IMG/VR virus record: IMGVR_UViG_3300037067_022448
Span: 47,030 to 111,029 of that record
Strand: one strand, 5' to 3'
DNA from: a virus
Lineage: Duplodnaviria > Caudoviricetes
Length of the DNA: 64,000 nucleotides
A program made the translations under genes and the position numbers. Shown piece after piece: positions 41,371-52,227 of this stretch (position 1 is the first letter of the stretch; the number at the start of each line of letters is the position of its first letter). The notes under the pieces are model-generated. The model ran no database searches, was not told the origin of the DNA, and saw only the letters and a list, made by a program, of their open reading frames with translations.

Positions 41371-43611
41371 TTACATTATTCTTCCATCCCTAACAATAAA
41401 TTTTGGATTATCAATATAATTTTGAACAACTGGTGCATCAAACAAAATTCTGCTTTCACTTTTTAGAGTCATATCAAGCTTACTTATTAAGTTTAATCTT
41501 CCAGCAGTTACTAGCGTTACACCAGTATCATCTAAGATTAAAAAACTATCATCTTCATCTGGACCAGTTCCTGAGGGATTTGCTCTCATTAGCTTAATTA
41601 CCATCTTGCCACTTTTATAACGTTTTGGATCGCCCGGCAAAGATGTTGTTCGTGAATCGCCCCTACCAACAAATCTAGTGTCAACTGTATCATTTGCGCC
41701 TTCTCCGACAAAATCAAATCCACCGATTTCTATAGCTACAGTTCCGTCCGCTTGAATAACTGCGCTTCTACCCTTCCTATCGCGCCCCAAACGTGTTATA
41801 ATGGCTCCTGCTGTGTCTAGGACCCATGAAACCCTATCGATAGTATTTGCTCCAATAGACATCTCCAAACTTCCATCAAGGTTTATTTGAGCGCTGCGGC
41901 CTCCCGCATTTGGTTGTCCTTCAACCAAGCCCGTTTTTGGGTTTCTCTGAGCATTTGATGATTCAGCTTTCGGAACACTTGCATCTACCTCATTTGTTAT
42001 CGCGGGTGGGTCAGCTTCTATTGTAGAACTTTCATCGAATATATCTGATGCAGTAATATTGATAGTGTTTTTAAGAAGAGACATGGCAGTTTGTGTAATA
42101 TCATGAAAAGCTGTGCCAGCTTCTATATATTTTGGTAAAGAATATTGAGAATCAGTTTTATCTTTCCAGCTTGTTTTATTTCCTTGTAACCTGTTTTCTA
42201 TTTTATTAACCGATGAATCTGAAAGTTTGATTCCACCTGGTCCAAACTGATCATGAAAAATATCTTGATTTTTTGAATTTCTATATAAACCATCTGGATC
42301 AGAGCGTTGTCCTTTATGAACCGCCCCTTTATCATCTACGCTTAGTGTGCTTGAGGTTTCTTGTCTAGTTAATAAAGGGATATTACCTGTTTCAGATGTA
42401 GCAGGAATATTTACAGTAGTAAGACCTTCTTTATCAACCCTTAATGCCCAACGACTACGATCTCTAGCATTATTTGCTGAAATCATAGGATTTGGAAACC
42501 CCTCAAGAAAAATGGGTTTCTTTGTTGTTGCTTTTCCTTCGCGATATCCGTAGCCTTTTTTGGTATTTATTTCCATATGAAAAGCAACCGTATGTCGATT
42601 TATTTCAAAAATTTCTTTAAGCAAATCATTTGCCTTTGTGCCTTGCGGCGTAGGCAACATTATTTTATTTATTGTTAGAAGATTTCCAAAAATATCAACT
42701 AACGTGCCGCTTACTTTTTCAATAAGTTCGTTCGGATTTGTTTGAGATAAACTAAGAACATTACTTCGTCTTGCACCCCTATCTGTTGGATTATTTAAAG
42801 AAACTTCAGCATCTTCAAGTCTTTTTAATTCTGTTAAAAAATCTTTAACATACCAGTCTTTTCCAAATTCATACAAGAGTTGTCTATCTTCAACAAATGC
42901 TGGATTTTTAAAGTGTTTGTCGTTAGTGGCGGCATTTCCTTTTGTGGTTGGTGTTCTTGAAACATAAGCAACTCTTTTAGTTACGTCCCATCCTACCTCT
43001 TCAAGTGTTTTTTCGGCATCTAGACTAATAAGATAATCTGCGTAATCACTTTCGCCCTCTTCTACACGCATATCTCTACGAACTAAACCAGTTGCCTTAA
43101 CACCTGCATGCGAAACGGAATAAGCTAGTGGAGATGGAGTTTCAATAGAACATCTTACCGATTCATCGGTGTCACCACCATAAATGATACCTTCACCAAA
43201 AGCTGTGCTAATTAGTATATCTCCATCGCAATTATAACGAAGTTGCCCACCAGTAGCCCCCTGAATAACTACATCACCTGCATTTAGATATGGAAACCCA
43301 ATATCATCGAAACTTGCTTCTGAAACAGATAAAAGGTCATCATAAGCACCAGGAATAGCAACAAGAGATACTGGTATATATCTTTCGTTTGAAAGCATAG
43401 CTAGAGCAATTATGTTTCCCTTTCTTATACCTGAATATATACCCTCTCCTTTTTGACCCGGAAATGGGTGGGGAATAGCTACTATTGGGCCATCTTCTCC
43501 AGCTTGGTCCATCCATTTTGTATATACAACACCACTACTATAATCAACTTTATCAACTGTTGCTAGTCGTAGTACGTTGGAAACCAATCTACTCATTTGT
43601 CCATCCTCCAA
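41371..43611 (-). CDS. Baseplate central spike (gpV/gp5-like)
   Basis: N-terminal OB-like LATVDKVDYSSGVV, then LNAGDVVIQG; C-terminal beta repeats DDTGVTLVTAGRLNLISKLDMTLKS; follows the hub gene. Confidence 0.62.
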   Translation of the reverse strand: MEDGQMSRLVSNVLRLATVDKVDYSSGVVYTKWMDQAGEDGPIVAIPHPFPGQKGEGIYSGIRKGNIIALAMLSNERYIPVSLVAIPGAYDDLLSVSEASFDDIGFPYLNAGDVVIQGATGGQLRYNCDGDILISTAFGEGIIYGGDTDESVRCSIETPSPLAYSVSHAGVKATGLVRRDMRVEEGESDYADYLISLDAEKTLEEVGWDVTKRVAYVSRTPTTKGNAATNDKHFKNPAFVEDRQLLYEFGKDWYVKDFLTELKRLEDAEVSLNNPTDRGARRSNVLSLSQTNPNELIEKVSGTLVDIFGNLLTINKIMLPTPQGTKANDLLKEIFEINRHTVAFHMEINTKKGYGYREGKATTKKPIFLEGFPNPMISANNARDRSRWALRVDKEGLTTVNIPATSETGNIPLLTRQETSSTLSVDDKGAVHKGQRSDPDGLYRNSKNQDIFHDQFGPGGIKLSDSSVNKIENRLQGNKTSWKDKTDSQYSLPKYIEAGTAFHDITQTAMSLLKNTINITASDIFDESSTIEADPPAITNEVDASVPKAESSNAQRNPKTGLVEGQPNAGGRSAQINLDGSLEMSIGANTIDRVSWVLDTAGAIITRLGRDRKGRSAVIQADGTVAIEIGGFDFVGEGANDTVDTRFVGRGDSRTTSLPGDPKRYKSGKMVIKLMRANPSGTGPDEDDSFLILDDTGVTLVTAGRLNLISKLDMTLKSESRILFDAPVVQNYIDNPKFIVRDGRIM

Positions 43612-46600
43612 TAGGTGGTTGTCTTAATCTTATTTCCACTACTCCAAAAAATGGCGGGTCTAGTACAAAAGTTTCTTGAGAAGCTATTATTCCTTGAGAT
43701 AACAATATCTTATCATCATCAGTTGGATAATCTTGGCTCACTGTCTGAATTTTTATCAAACCTGGATCTATTCTATACTTACCAACATCTGTACTGCCAC
43801 CAAATTTAGAAACAGTATTAGATAGCCCACCACCAACCCCATTAACTCCTTGGCCACCCATTGCAGCGCCGGGCTTTACAGGGTTACTTAACCATTTTTG
43901 TACAGATTTACACCTTGATTGTTGTACTGAACTCTCTCCAAAAAATGTCATACAATATAATCTTGGGCTAGTTAAAGGTTTTGTTTTATCAATCTCAGTT
44001 TGTGCAATAGTTAAAGCATTAACTAATTGCTCATAATTTCTTTTAGAATGTTTTCCTACAAATATATCATTACTATCTGGAGGACTAAAAACCACTGTTC
44101 CAATAAGAGCATCAAGTTGTGGAGTTTCTCTTCTAATTCTATATGAGCCTTGTGAATTTCCTTTTGTAACCTGCATTTTACCAATAAGATCTAATGGTGT
44201 AGGTATATATTGTCCAGGAGGATGTCCATATTTAAGCTCAAGAGTTGTTTTAAAATCGCCATTATATCCAAAAGTGTGTGATATTTTTGTAACATAATAT
44301 AACATTTGTCTGTGAGCAACATAAACAACGTCACCAAGTTGATAAAACTCATTTCCTACAACTGTAGCTGTTCCAGTTACAATATTTTTACGTTGTCTTG
44401 ATAACAGCATTACAGCATATGGAGCACATTGATAATCAGCACTCGAAAAAAAGGGCTTATCAATGGTTTTATCAGATCTAAATCCATATTGTCTCCACAA
44501 ATCAAAATCAACCCCAAATGCCGTAAATACTGGCATTCCTGCCATACCACCAGATTCACCAACTATAGCTTGGCTGCCCTGAATAGTACAAATTGTCATT
44601 TCTGGAGGAGCCTCAGTAAAGGAGCACTCATAAATACTTTCATCTTTTATTATAAATCTATCTCCCGACATGTGTCCTAAATAATCTTTTCTATCATCTT
44701 CAATAAGTTTTTCAGATATTCCAGATGGAAGTTCATCCACATTTGTGGTTGTTTTACTTACAGAAGATTCTCCACCCTCACTTAATGTTGTAATTTCTAT
44801 ACTTTGTTCTAGCATTTTTCCTAGAGATCGAATTAATTTTGATCTTTGGCTTATAAGTGATTCAATATTAGAAACAATTCTAGCAACATCACTTGCCGGA
44901 GTTGATATTCCATTTTTAGTAGCACCAACTTTTGCTTTATCATACTCTAAATAAGTCCTTAATGGATTTCCAGTTAATGTAGAAAGGTTTTTAATAGCAT
45001 TATCATATGCACTTTTATTTCCAATATTCTCAGTGTTCGTGGTACGATTTATAATTTCATTTTGTAAATTTATTTGAGAAATTGCATCGAATAGACCGCT
45101 CCCGGAAACCATCAATTGCGTTGATGAATTTAATGTTTTTATTAAATCCCCTAATTGTTTTTTTTCCTGTGGATTTAATGGTAAATTGGCGTCTATTATT
45201 GCTGCTAAAGAACTACCATTATTAGTTAGAAATTCAAAATAAGCCCCAGTTTTACCAATTATAGTTGATGAAATATCTTGTGTTGAATTTTTACCTAACA
45301 AGGCAAAATTCATTCTTATTTCCCACTCAATCATTTCTATTTGTGAAAATAAAGCCTGTTCTCTAGTTTGAAATAAACTTGTTAAAAAGTCTGGGAAAAG
45401 TTTAATTCCACCTGTGCGATTAAGTAACAACATTTGTTCTAACAGTGTGCGAGGTGTTCTGTTGTACTGTGGTGGTCTAAAAACTATATGGCCCTGAGAT
45501 GAACAAAAAAATTCGAAATCCAAAGTTTCTGCAACTTGTTTACAAAGTTGACGTACTGGTTGCCAAGAACTTTTCCACATATCTGGCGCACGCTCCCGTA
45601 ATTTCAAGACAAAAGCCTGAATATCATAATCTTTATCATATTCATCAGAAACAATAAAATAATTCTTATCCTTATTTCGTATTACATCTTCTCTGCGGCG
45701 TAGGACAGCAAAAGCCAACTTATCTCCAAACAACTTATATTCTTCATTGTTTGTAATACTTTCTAAATCAAATGATATATCATTTCCGGCAACCACAATT
45801 AAATTTTTGCCAAGTTCCTGTTGACCTTTTGACAATTCTGATAAATCAGTTGCCATGTTGTTTATCTTTTCAGTTAAACTGTTTAATTTTACACCTAAAC
45901 CGTCTTTAAGAGAGGGGTCGTTTAAATTTTTTGAAATATTTAATATTTGATCTTTAAGTTTTGCCTCTTGATTCCTTAACTGAGAAAGCTCATAAGATTT
46001 ATCAAAAATTTTGCGCTGATAATAAATGGAGCGAGCTAAATCTAACGGATCTATAGTTATAGACTTAAAAGGTACAAAACCACCATTTGCTTTAGTGTTA
46101 GATTTCTGCATGCTCAATATACTATGAAAATAATCTTTACCACTATTTAAAGTTGTATCTGGATTATATGCTCCAGTATTTAATGCGCTTTGAATAAATG
46201 TTGCAGCATTATATGGCATACCTGTTATTAATGTGCTTAGCACATTAGCCGCATCCATATTATCAAAGGGAGTATTTGATGCAAAGAATCCGACATCACG
46301 TCGTAACTGACTCAAAGTTGATAAACTTCCATCAAGTGGATTTGTTGTTGAAGAATTATATGTAGCTGTCATTATGCCCTCTTTCCACTTATATACTAAA
46401 CCAGGAGCGTGTTGATATAAATTGATAATATTATTACCAATAACCAAAACATCTTGTTTCATGTCTTTAGTGTCTTCAAGTTTTTTCCCGATATTTGGCC
46501 CGGTATTAAAATAATAGCATCCTTGTTTTAACATTTGTTGGTTTGCAGCACTTAATTTAACATTTCCTATTGGCAAACCAGTAGCTTTATCAGTCTTAAT

Positions 46601-48268
46601 ATCAAAAGGAGTCATTGGATCATACATAACCCCTTGGGTCTGATCCAAAGAAGGTTGGGCATTATATCTAGATATATCAAGCCATCCCATGTTTGATGTA
46701 CCAGAAACAGATATATTATAACTTCCACTATCAGCATTAAATTGATCTACCACTTGATTTACAAAACCGCCAAAAACATGAACGCCGCTTTCTGTAGATA
46801 AACTCAAAGTCCTTAATTTTTTAAATGTTTCGAAATCTGGAAACTCTCCAGCACGACGCCACTCATTTAGAAGCAAGTCATCATCTATAGCTGTAGTTCT
46901 TAAACCAAGTGCGTTTGCTGCAAAATTTACTGCTCCCTTAAAAGAAAGTATATCTGTATTTTCTATGTCCTCACATTCTCCACCACGTCTAGTTCCCCCA
47001 TCAATGAAAATATTTATAGTATCCATTGGCTGAATTAAAGACTTTCCTAAATAAAAAAGGCGCAGTTTGTTTCTCGCATATGTCATTTGGGCACGAATTT
47101 CTTCAATCTGTTTGTCCAAATCTATTCCCATTAGAAGTCGTTTGCTTATTGATTCTTGATAGATTTTAAGATTAGATATGGTTGAAAGAAATAATCTTTG
47201 TTCAGTACTATCAAGCGCCTGCTCTTCGGGAATATCATCTAAATTATTTGAGTTTATTTGTAAACCTATTACATCAATAATAGCATTTACACCAGAACCA
47301 AAATTTAATCCAACATTTATGGTTATTTCGCTTTTGCCGCGTTCCCTTCGATGTTTTGCTAGCATTGAATCCATAGATTGGGCAGTATTTAAAGCCTGGC
47401 CAGCAATTGTATCTAACTGGTTACTTATTCCGGAAAGAGCTGTTTCACGAATAGCTGTTTCAATATCTTCTTCTGTAATAAAAAGTATTCTATATGGATC
47501 TTCAATATTCATACTAAAACTTCCATCTCCTTCTAGACCAAGACTGGTATTAAGAGTAGCAACTGCAGTTAATTCAAAAACTCCACTACCAGTTCCTAAT
47601 TCTTCGAGAAAAGGCATATCCGAATCAACAAAATATGTTGTAGTTTTTACTGGTTGTCTATCAAAAACAACATTCTGAAATTCTATCATTGAGCTAAAAG
47701 TAGTATCATCACCAGATTCTTCTTGGCCAGAAGATATCAAAGAGGTTAAAATCACGCTCGTTGCTGCTCCAGCATCAACCAACTTTTCAATTTTAGTAAG
47801 ACGTTCATAGTCGGACATTATTTTACATTTTCTAGCAACTAATCTTTTTGTTGCTCGAATTAGCCACTTTTCTGCTGGGTCCATATATGCGGGATTGTAT
47901 AAATCTTGTAAAGAAGAAAAGGCTCTTTTCTTTATTAAAATACTTGCTTGTGGCGTTTGAGTATATACTTTTCTAGTATTTGCGGTTTCAATATTTGGTC
48001 CTTTGCCGCCTTCTATACCACTACCAATAGCAACCTGACGCCCACTTTCTACAAAATTGGGATCAAAAACTTCCGAAGAGCGACCTAGTAGTTTATTAAA
48101 AACGCTATTCATTTTATCTTGAACAGCCAATATATCTGAAGTTGCCTTACCAGTTCCTCCCGAATTTGGAAAACCAGGTATACCTAGTGTTTCTCCAAAA
48201 CTACCTAAAGCGTTGCCGACAACATTTTCGGAATATACGTTTGTTTGGGAAGAAAGAATTATTGCCAT
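43589..48268 (-). CDS. Baseplate hub protein (gp27/gpD-like) with large insertions
   Basis: QLCKQVAETLDFEFFCSSQGHIVFRPPQY, LWRQYGFR and GTATVVGN..YQLGDVVY...YYVTKISHTF...FKTTLELKYG. Confidence 0.78.
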   Translation of the reverse strand: MAIILSSQTNVYSENVVGNALGSFGETLGIPGFPNSGGTGKATSDILAVQDKMNSVFNKLLGRSSEVFDPNFVESGRQVAIGSGIEGGKGPNIETANTRKVYTQTPQASILIKKRAFSSLQDLYNPAYMDPAEKWLIRATKRLVARKCKIMSDYERLTKIEKLVDAGAATSVILTSLISSGQEESGDDTTFSSMIEFQNVVFDRQPVKTTTYFVDSDMPFLEELGTGSGVFELTAVATLNTSLGLEGDGSFSMNIEDPYRILFITEEDIETAIRETALSGISNQLDTIAGQALNTAQSMDSMLAKHRRERGKSEITINVGLNFGSGVNAIIDVIGLQINSNNLDDIPEEQALDSTEQRLFLSTISNLKIYQESISKRLLMGIDLDKQIEEIRAQMTYARNKLRLFYLGKSLIQPMDTINIFIDGGTRRGGECEDIENTDILSFKGAVNFAANALGLRTTAIDDDLLLNEWRRAGEFPDFETFKKLRTLSLSTESGVHVFGGFVNQVVDQFNADSGSYNISVSGTSNMGWLDISRYNAQPSLDQTQGVMYDPMTPFDIKTDKATGLPIGNVKLSAANQQMLKQGCYYFNTGPNIGKKLEDTKDMKQDVLVIGNNIINLYQHAPGLVYKWKEGIMTATYNSSTTNPLDGSLSTLSQLRRDVGFFASNTPFDNMDAANVLSTLITGMPYNAATFIQSALNTGAYNPDTTLNSGKDYFHSILSMQKSNTKANGGFVPFKSITIDPLDLARSIYYQRKIFDKSYELSQLRNQEAKLKDQILNISKNLNDPSLKDGLGVKLNSLTEKINNMATDLSELSKGQQELGKNLIVVAGNDISFDLESITNNEEYKLFGDKLAFAVLRRREDVIRNKDKNYFIVSDEYDKDYDIQAFVLKLRERAPDMWKSSWQPVRQLCKQVAETLDFEFFCSSQGHIVFRPPQYNRTPRTLLEQMLLLNRTGGIKLFPDFLTSLFQTREQALFSQIEMIEWEIRMNFALLGKNSTQDISSTIIGKTGAYFEFLTNNGSSLAAIIDANLPLNPQEKKQLGDLIKTLNSSTQLMVSGSGLFDAISQINLQNEIINRTTNTENIGNKSAYDNAIKNLSTLTGNPLRTYLEYDKAKVGATKNGISTPASDVARIVSNIESLISQRSKLIRSLGKMLEQSIEITTLSEGGESSVSKTTTNVDELPSGISEKLIEDDRKDYLGHMSGDRFIIKDESIYECSFTEAPPEMTICTIQGSQAIVGESGGMAGMPVFTAFGVDFDLWRQYGFRSDKTIDKPFFSSADYQCAPYAVMLLSRQRKNIVTGTATVVGNEFYQLGDVVYVAHRQMLYYVTKISHTFGYNGDFKTTLELKYGHPPGQYIPTPLDLIGKMQVTKGNSQGSYRIRRETPQLDALIGTVVFSPPDSNDIFVGKHSKRNYEQLVNALTIAQTEIDKTKPLTSPRLYCMTFFGESSVQQSRCKSVQKWLSNPVKPGAAMGGQGVNGVGGGLSNTVSKFGGSTDVGKYRIDPGLIKIQTVSQDYPTDDDKILLSQGIIASQETFVLDPPFFGVVEIRLRQPPIGGWTNE

Positions 48269-49098
48269 TATTTTTCCCCTCTGTATGAAAGCGGAACAGA
48301 AGATGAATCTGCTCGATTATAACCTATCGGTCTTCCAGTTGTAGGATCTAAAGTTGCTGGACTTCTTGAATACGAAGTAATATTGCTACGAACACCACGA
48401 CGATCCACAACGGTAAATTCTAATTGATAATCAAAAATGCCTGGTCCAAGAGAAGTTGATTCATTTATAATAAAACTCGTAAAAAATCCCTTAAAAACCC
48501 AGCCCTGATAATACATTTCAACCGCAACAGCCAATGAACCTAAAGTTGGCAAAAGAGGCGGATTGGCAGCGCCGCCTACCAAAGTGTTTACTAAGTTTCC
48601 AGCAACAGTTCCTATACCACCCTTTGCGGCTTGATTTACTATGCCGGATAAAGAAGCTCCAGAGGTATATTCTTGAAGTCTATCAGCGAGTGTTGCAGCT
48701 ACTTGCTGAAAAGCATCTTGTTCAGCACGATAGACCTGTCTAAGTATATTTATTCCTTCAATACTAGAAGCTCCAGTTGTTCCACTTAAACTCACAGTGG
48801 GCAACTCTTCGCCCCAATACTGTATAATATATCCACCTTTAGTTCTTTGTGTTTTAATTACTTTCTTCTCTGTAATTCTTAATGATTGAGGATTGATATA
48901 CATATCAACCTTACCTAATCCAGGAACTCGCCACATTATTGTTTGCCTATTTCGCTTAGCAATTGGCATTTCCGGGTTTTGTTGTATAATATCAGGTAAT
49001 ATAATATTTGCTTCTCGTGAAGTCGCCGGAACCAAATTTGGATTGTTTGAAACTGAAATTGAATTTGGATTTGTTTGTACGCCTTTATCAAAAGCCAT
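48268..49098 (-). CDS. Tail tube initiator / baseplate tube-fold protein
   Basis: MYINPQSLRITEKK....RTKGGYIIQYWGEEL..VSLSGTTG and FKGFFTSF...FDYQLEFTV; lies between tape measure and hub. Confidence 0.7.
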   Translation of the reverse strand: MAFDKGVQTNPNSISVSNNPNLVPATSREANIILPDIIQQNPEMPIAKRNRQTIMWRVPGLGKVDMYINPQSLRITEKKVIKTQRTKGGYIIQYWGEELPTVSLSGTTGASSIEGINILRQVYRAEQDAFQQVAATLADRLQEYTSGASLSGIVNQAAKGGIGTVAGNLVNTLVGGAANPPLLPTLGSLAVAVEMYYQGWVFKGFFTSFIINESTSLGPGIFDYQLEFTVVDRRGVRSNITSYSRSPATLDPTTGRPIGYNRADSSSVPLSYRGEK

Positions 49099-49109
49099 CG
49101 GGACCTCCG

Positions 49110-51239
49110 TTAATCACCATATATCCCAAGAGTATTTTTATTAAATTCTTCTTTTATTGCCTTTTTTATTTTATTAATTGCATTTTCATCGCCGCCTTCA
49201 AATTTAATAAATAAAGTTGAAGTCGAGCCACTACTGGCAGCAGTCGGGTCTGTTGCTACTTTATTTGTTGGAGTTGTCGGTGGTTTTATTTCTCTTAACG
49301 GAGCAAGACCAGAACGTGTAGCTTCAAGTAATTGTTGTAAATCACGATGTGTTTGAGCATCTCCACGGCTTACCGTTCCGGAAAGATTTGCTATTGCTGG
49401 AATTGCTGCTTCAGGGCTTCTAGACCTTAAAATTGGCCTACTCGGAATAGCTGTAGCCGCTGGAGCCGAAGCTTTTAGAAGAGAGCTTTCTGGAAGTTCA
49501 ACAGCTTTGCTCGCTTCTGGCATGGTTGGTCGGCCACCTCGCGTTGTATAACGAAAAATTTGTGCTCCTAAATCCTCTAAAGCACCTGTGGCAAGTGGTT
49601 CAACCCCAACCGGACCTCTTCTAACTCCTTGCCGACCTGTTCTAATACGCACAGCTCTTTGTGTAGTATTTATAACATCACCTGCTGTTCTGCCCATAGC
49701 AGATCTTATTCCTCGCTGATTTATAGCTCTGGTGTCAGGAGAAGTCATCTGAATTGCTGCTGTTTGCCACGCCTCTAAGTTACTTTTCCCACCCGGTCCG
49801 CTTCCTTTTAGACCCTGATTCATATCATCAAGTTTGGTATCAATTCCTCCACCAAATGTTGCCTGTAATGTTCGGTCAATACTTTCTAAAGCTGTTAAAG
49901 AAGCCTGTTGTAAATCTTTACCTTTATCGAATATTTCTTTTGTAGCCTTATCAGCATCTATAGCAGACATTCCACCAGATTGAACTTTTTGTAATACTTC
50001 TAACATTCTGTTTTGTTGTTCAGCTGTACCCTGCATTCCCAATTTCCCCAACATTTGTCTTTGTAGAACAAATTGTTGTTCTAATTGAGGATTATTTTCT
50101 GCCTGCTCTAATGTTATTATTTTTCCGCCGCCAAATTTGGCTAGAGTACCACTCAAAGCTTCTAAGTTCTTTTGCATTCCGCCTTCTTGACGCATAGCAA
50201 GTTCTAACTTTAGTGCTCCACCAAGAGCAGAAGCTCCCTTTGTTAAACCGCTCATCATACCTATGAATGCACGATTTTCCATGGACATACCAGCAATACT
50301 TTTGGTTACACTTTCAACAATATTGCCCACTTCAGCAATTGGAACCCCACCAGCTCTTAATGTTTCTGCAAATGTACGCCAAACTGCAGCGCTTTCTCCC
50401 GTTTGACGACCAAAAATAGCTAAAGAACTACTTGATTTAGAAATTTGTTCTTGTGCTGTTTGTAAATCAATCCCAGTTCCTTTGGCTGCGGCTGCCATAA
50501 CTCCAAGATTTCTAGCAGTATCTATCGGAGATTGACTAAAACTTAAAAATGCTTCAAGAGTTTTGTTAGCAGCGGCTGCTCCTTCTATTCCAAATGCCTT
50601 AAAAGCAGTCATAGCAACAACTGTCGGTTGAACCATTCCACCCACATTGTCTTTAAGACCCACCGACTCTTTGCTTGCCATGCGCAAAGATTCAGGCATC
50701 ATTCGCCCAACAGTTTGGTTAAACTTATCAATTTCGCCCTTTGTAAAACCCGTATAGGCAGACATTTCACGCAAAGCCTGCGGATAATTCTTAATAGCTT
50801 CTGCAGATTCTTTTATAGATTGCCCACTTACAGCAATAGCGCTGCGCATTGTCATCTGCGCAGTTACTAGATTTTTGATTGCTTCATCAAAACCACGAAT
50901 AGCTTTTCCACCAACATCGCCAAAAAGATTTGCTATTGTTGTTGATTCTTTAAGTGGATCATACAAACCTCTCGCAGATTTTGAGACCGATGCAAAAGCC
51001 ACCTCACCTACTTCTTTTATAGCATTTAGTGAGGTTTTAAGACCCCCACCAATAGTAAGCGCCAAAGCCTTAGCGCCTTCACCAGCAGCGCCTAATGCAT
51101 TTCCTAAAGACTTTGAATCCTCGGATGATTCAATAGCTTTTCTATTGAAAGCATCTAGGGCTTCTTCTAGTGAGCTAACCTTTTTTGTTGCCTCATCAGC
51201 ATCAGCTGCAAGTTTTGTGGGATCAAGCGGATCAGCCAT
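49110..51239 (-). CDS. Tail tape measure protein
   Basis: Ala/Gly/Gln-rich helical 709-aa protein directly after the frameshifting chaperone pair. Confidence 0.8.
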   Translation of the reverse strand: MADPLDPTKLAADADEATKKVSSLEEALDAFNRKAIESSEDSKSLGNALGAAGEGAKALALTIGGGLKTSLNAIKEVGEVAFASVSKSARGLYDPLKESTTIANLFGDVGGKAIRGFDEAIKNLVTAQMTMRSAIAVSGQSIKESAEAIKNYPQALREMSAYTGFTKGEIDKFNQTVGRMMPESLRMASKESVGLKDNVGGMVQPTVVAMTAFKAFGIEGAAAANKTLEAFLSFSQSPIDTARNLGVMAAAAKGTGIDLQTAQEQISKSSSSLAIFGRQTGESAAVWRTFAETLRAGGVPIAEVGNIVESVTKSIAGMSMENRAFIGMMSGLTKGASALGGALKLELAMRQEGGMQKNLEALSGTLAKFGGGKIITLEQAENNPQLEQQFVLQRQMLGKLGMQGTAEQQNRMLEVLQKVQSGGMSAIDADKATKEIFDKGKDLQQASLTALESIDRTLQATFGGGIDTKLDDMNQGLKGSGPGGKSNLEAWQTAAIQMTSPDTRAINQRGIRSAMGRTAGDVINTTQRAVRIRTGRQGVRRGPVGVEPLATGALEDLGAQIFRYTTRGGRPTMPEASKAVELPESSLLKASAPAATAIPSRPILRSRSPEAAIPAIANLSGTVSRGDAQTHRDLQQLLEATRSGLAPLREIKPPTTPTNKVATDPTAASSGSTSTLFIKFEGGDENAINKIKKAIKEEFNKNTLGIYGD

Positions 51240-51242
51240 TTA

Positions 51243-52111
51243 TTAATTACCTCTAATAGGTGTGAAATTAATTTCATCTAAATCCATATTTAAATACGGA
51301 TTTGCTTTATCTTGTTTTAAATCTTGACGCAAAGCTTGTTCTAAATCCATTACAGCTGGCGCCTCGGGTGTCATTTCTCTACCAAACAAACTCTTAACAG
51401 ATTCTTCAAAATCCTCTGTATTTGTTGTAAAAGTATTTTTCCTTGATTCTCTTATTTGGTCAACACCTTCAGGATTCCAGAACATAGCGTTGTGCTCCGC
51501 AACATCTCTTAACAACTCATATTGTTCATTTTCATCTAAACCTATTTGTGTTTGGTACCAAATAAGCTGAGCATTGTTTATATCTCTAAAAAACTTATCA
51601 TCTACTGGAACTTTTAATTCTTTACAAAGTCGCCATCGCAGCCTATGTAATGGCGACTGAGCTAGTTTTTTATTTGTTCCGATCCAAATTGAGCATCGCT
51701 ACGCTCAGCAATAGAATTATAAAACTCAAGCAACTTAGTAATTACCGGAGCCTGCATAGAAGATATGATTTCTTCGCGCAATTGAATTACATCTACATTA
51801 GTTTTATAAGACGGATGGAAAGATTCTAAAGGTTTTCCATTTACCGACTCAATACTCAAAGCTAATAGTTTAATATTAAACTGAAATAACATATCGCCTG
51901 TTGGGTTGTCACCTAGAAACTTTCCAAGCTCAAGTCGCTCAGTTGCGTTCAAACTTCGAAGTTGAAAATTAAGTGTTCCAAGTTGAACTTTATCTTTGAC
52001 ACAACCAAGTTCAATTAATGATTGCAAATCATCAACTACTGGAGTTTGTTCTTTTTGTTCTGATTGTTGGGGCGTGCTTACGGCACCAAAAGACTTATGG
52101 CGCAATTCCAT
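51243..52111 (-). CDS. Tail assembly chaperone, long (GT-like) -1 frameshift fusion, ~289 aa
   Basis: The -1 frame is open from the slippery site (KKLAQSPLHRLRWRLCKELKVPVDD...) into the 51243..51515 ORF. Confidence 0.82.
51628..51671 (-). promoter_or_regulatory. Programmed -1 ribosomal frameshift signal
   Basis: Heptamer A_AAA_AAC (51671..51665), 6-nt spacer, then hairpin AGTCGCCAT-N13-ATGGCGACT (51658..51628). Confidence 0.85.
51662..52111 (-). CDS. Tail assembly chaperone, short (G-like) form
   Basis: 149 aa with FQLRSLNATE and LALSIESVNG, ending IKN* on A_AAA_AAC; GAGGTG RBS; sits between tube and tape measure. Confidence 0.85.
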   Translation of the reverse strand: MELRHKSFGAVSTPQQSEQKEQTPVVDDLQSLIELGCVKDKVQLGTLNFQLRSLNATERLELGKFLGDNPTGDMLFQFNIKLLALSIESVNGKPLESFHPSYKTNVDVIQLREEIISSMQAPVITKLLEFYNSIAERSDAQFGSEQIKN

Positions 52112-52191
52112 TGTTCACCTCTTAATTTGATTTGAAAATAAAAAACTAACAAAAATAAATGGTAGGTATTCCATCTTTCACTCGGGGAAGG

Positions 52192-52222
52192 AAAAGTTGG
52201 GGGCGGTTCAACCGCCCCCAAC
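52192..52222 (-). terminator. Rho-independent terminator downstream of the sheath/tube genes
   Basis: GTTGGGGGCGGT-TGA-ACCGCCCCCAAC followed by TTTT on the minus strand; a 12-bp GC-rich stem in an AT-rich genome. Confidence 0.8.
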
Positions 52223-52227
52223 GAAGA

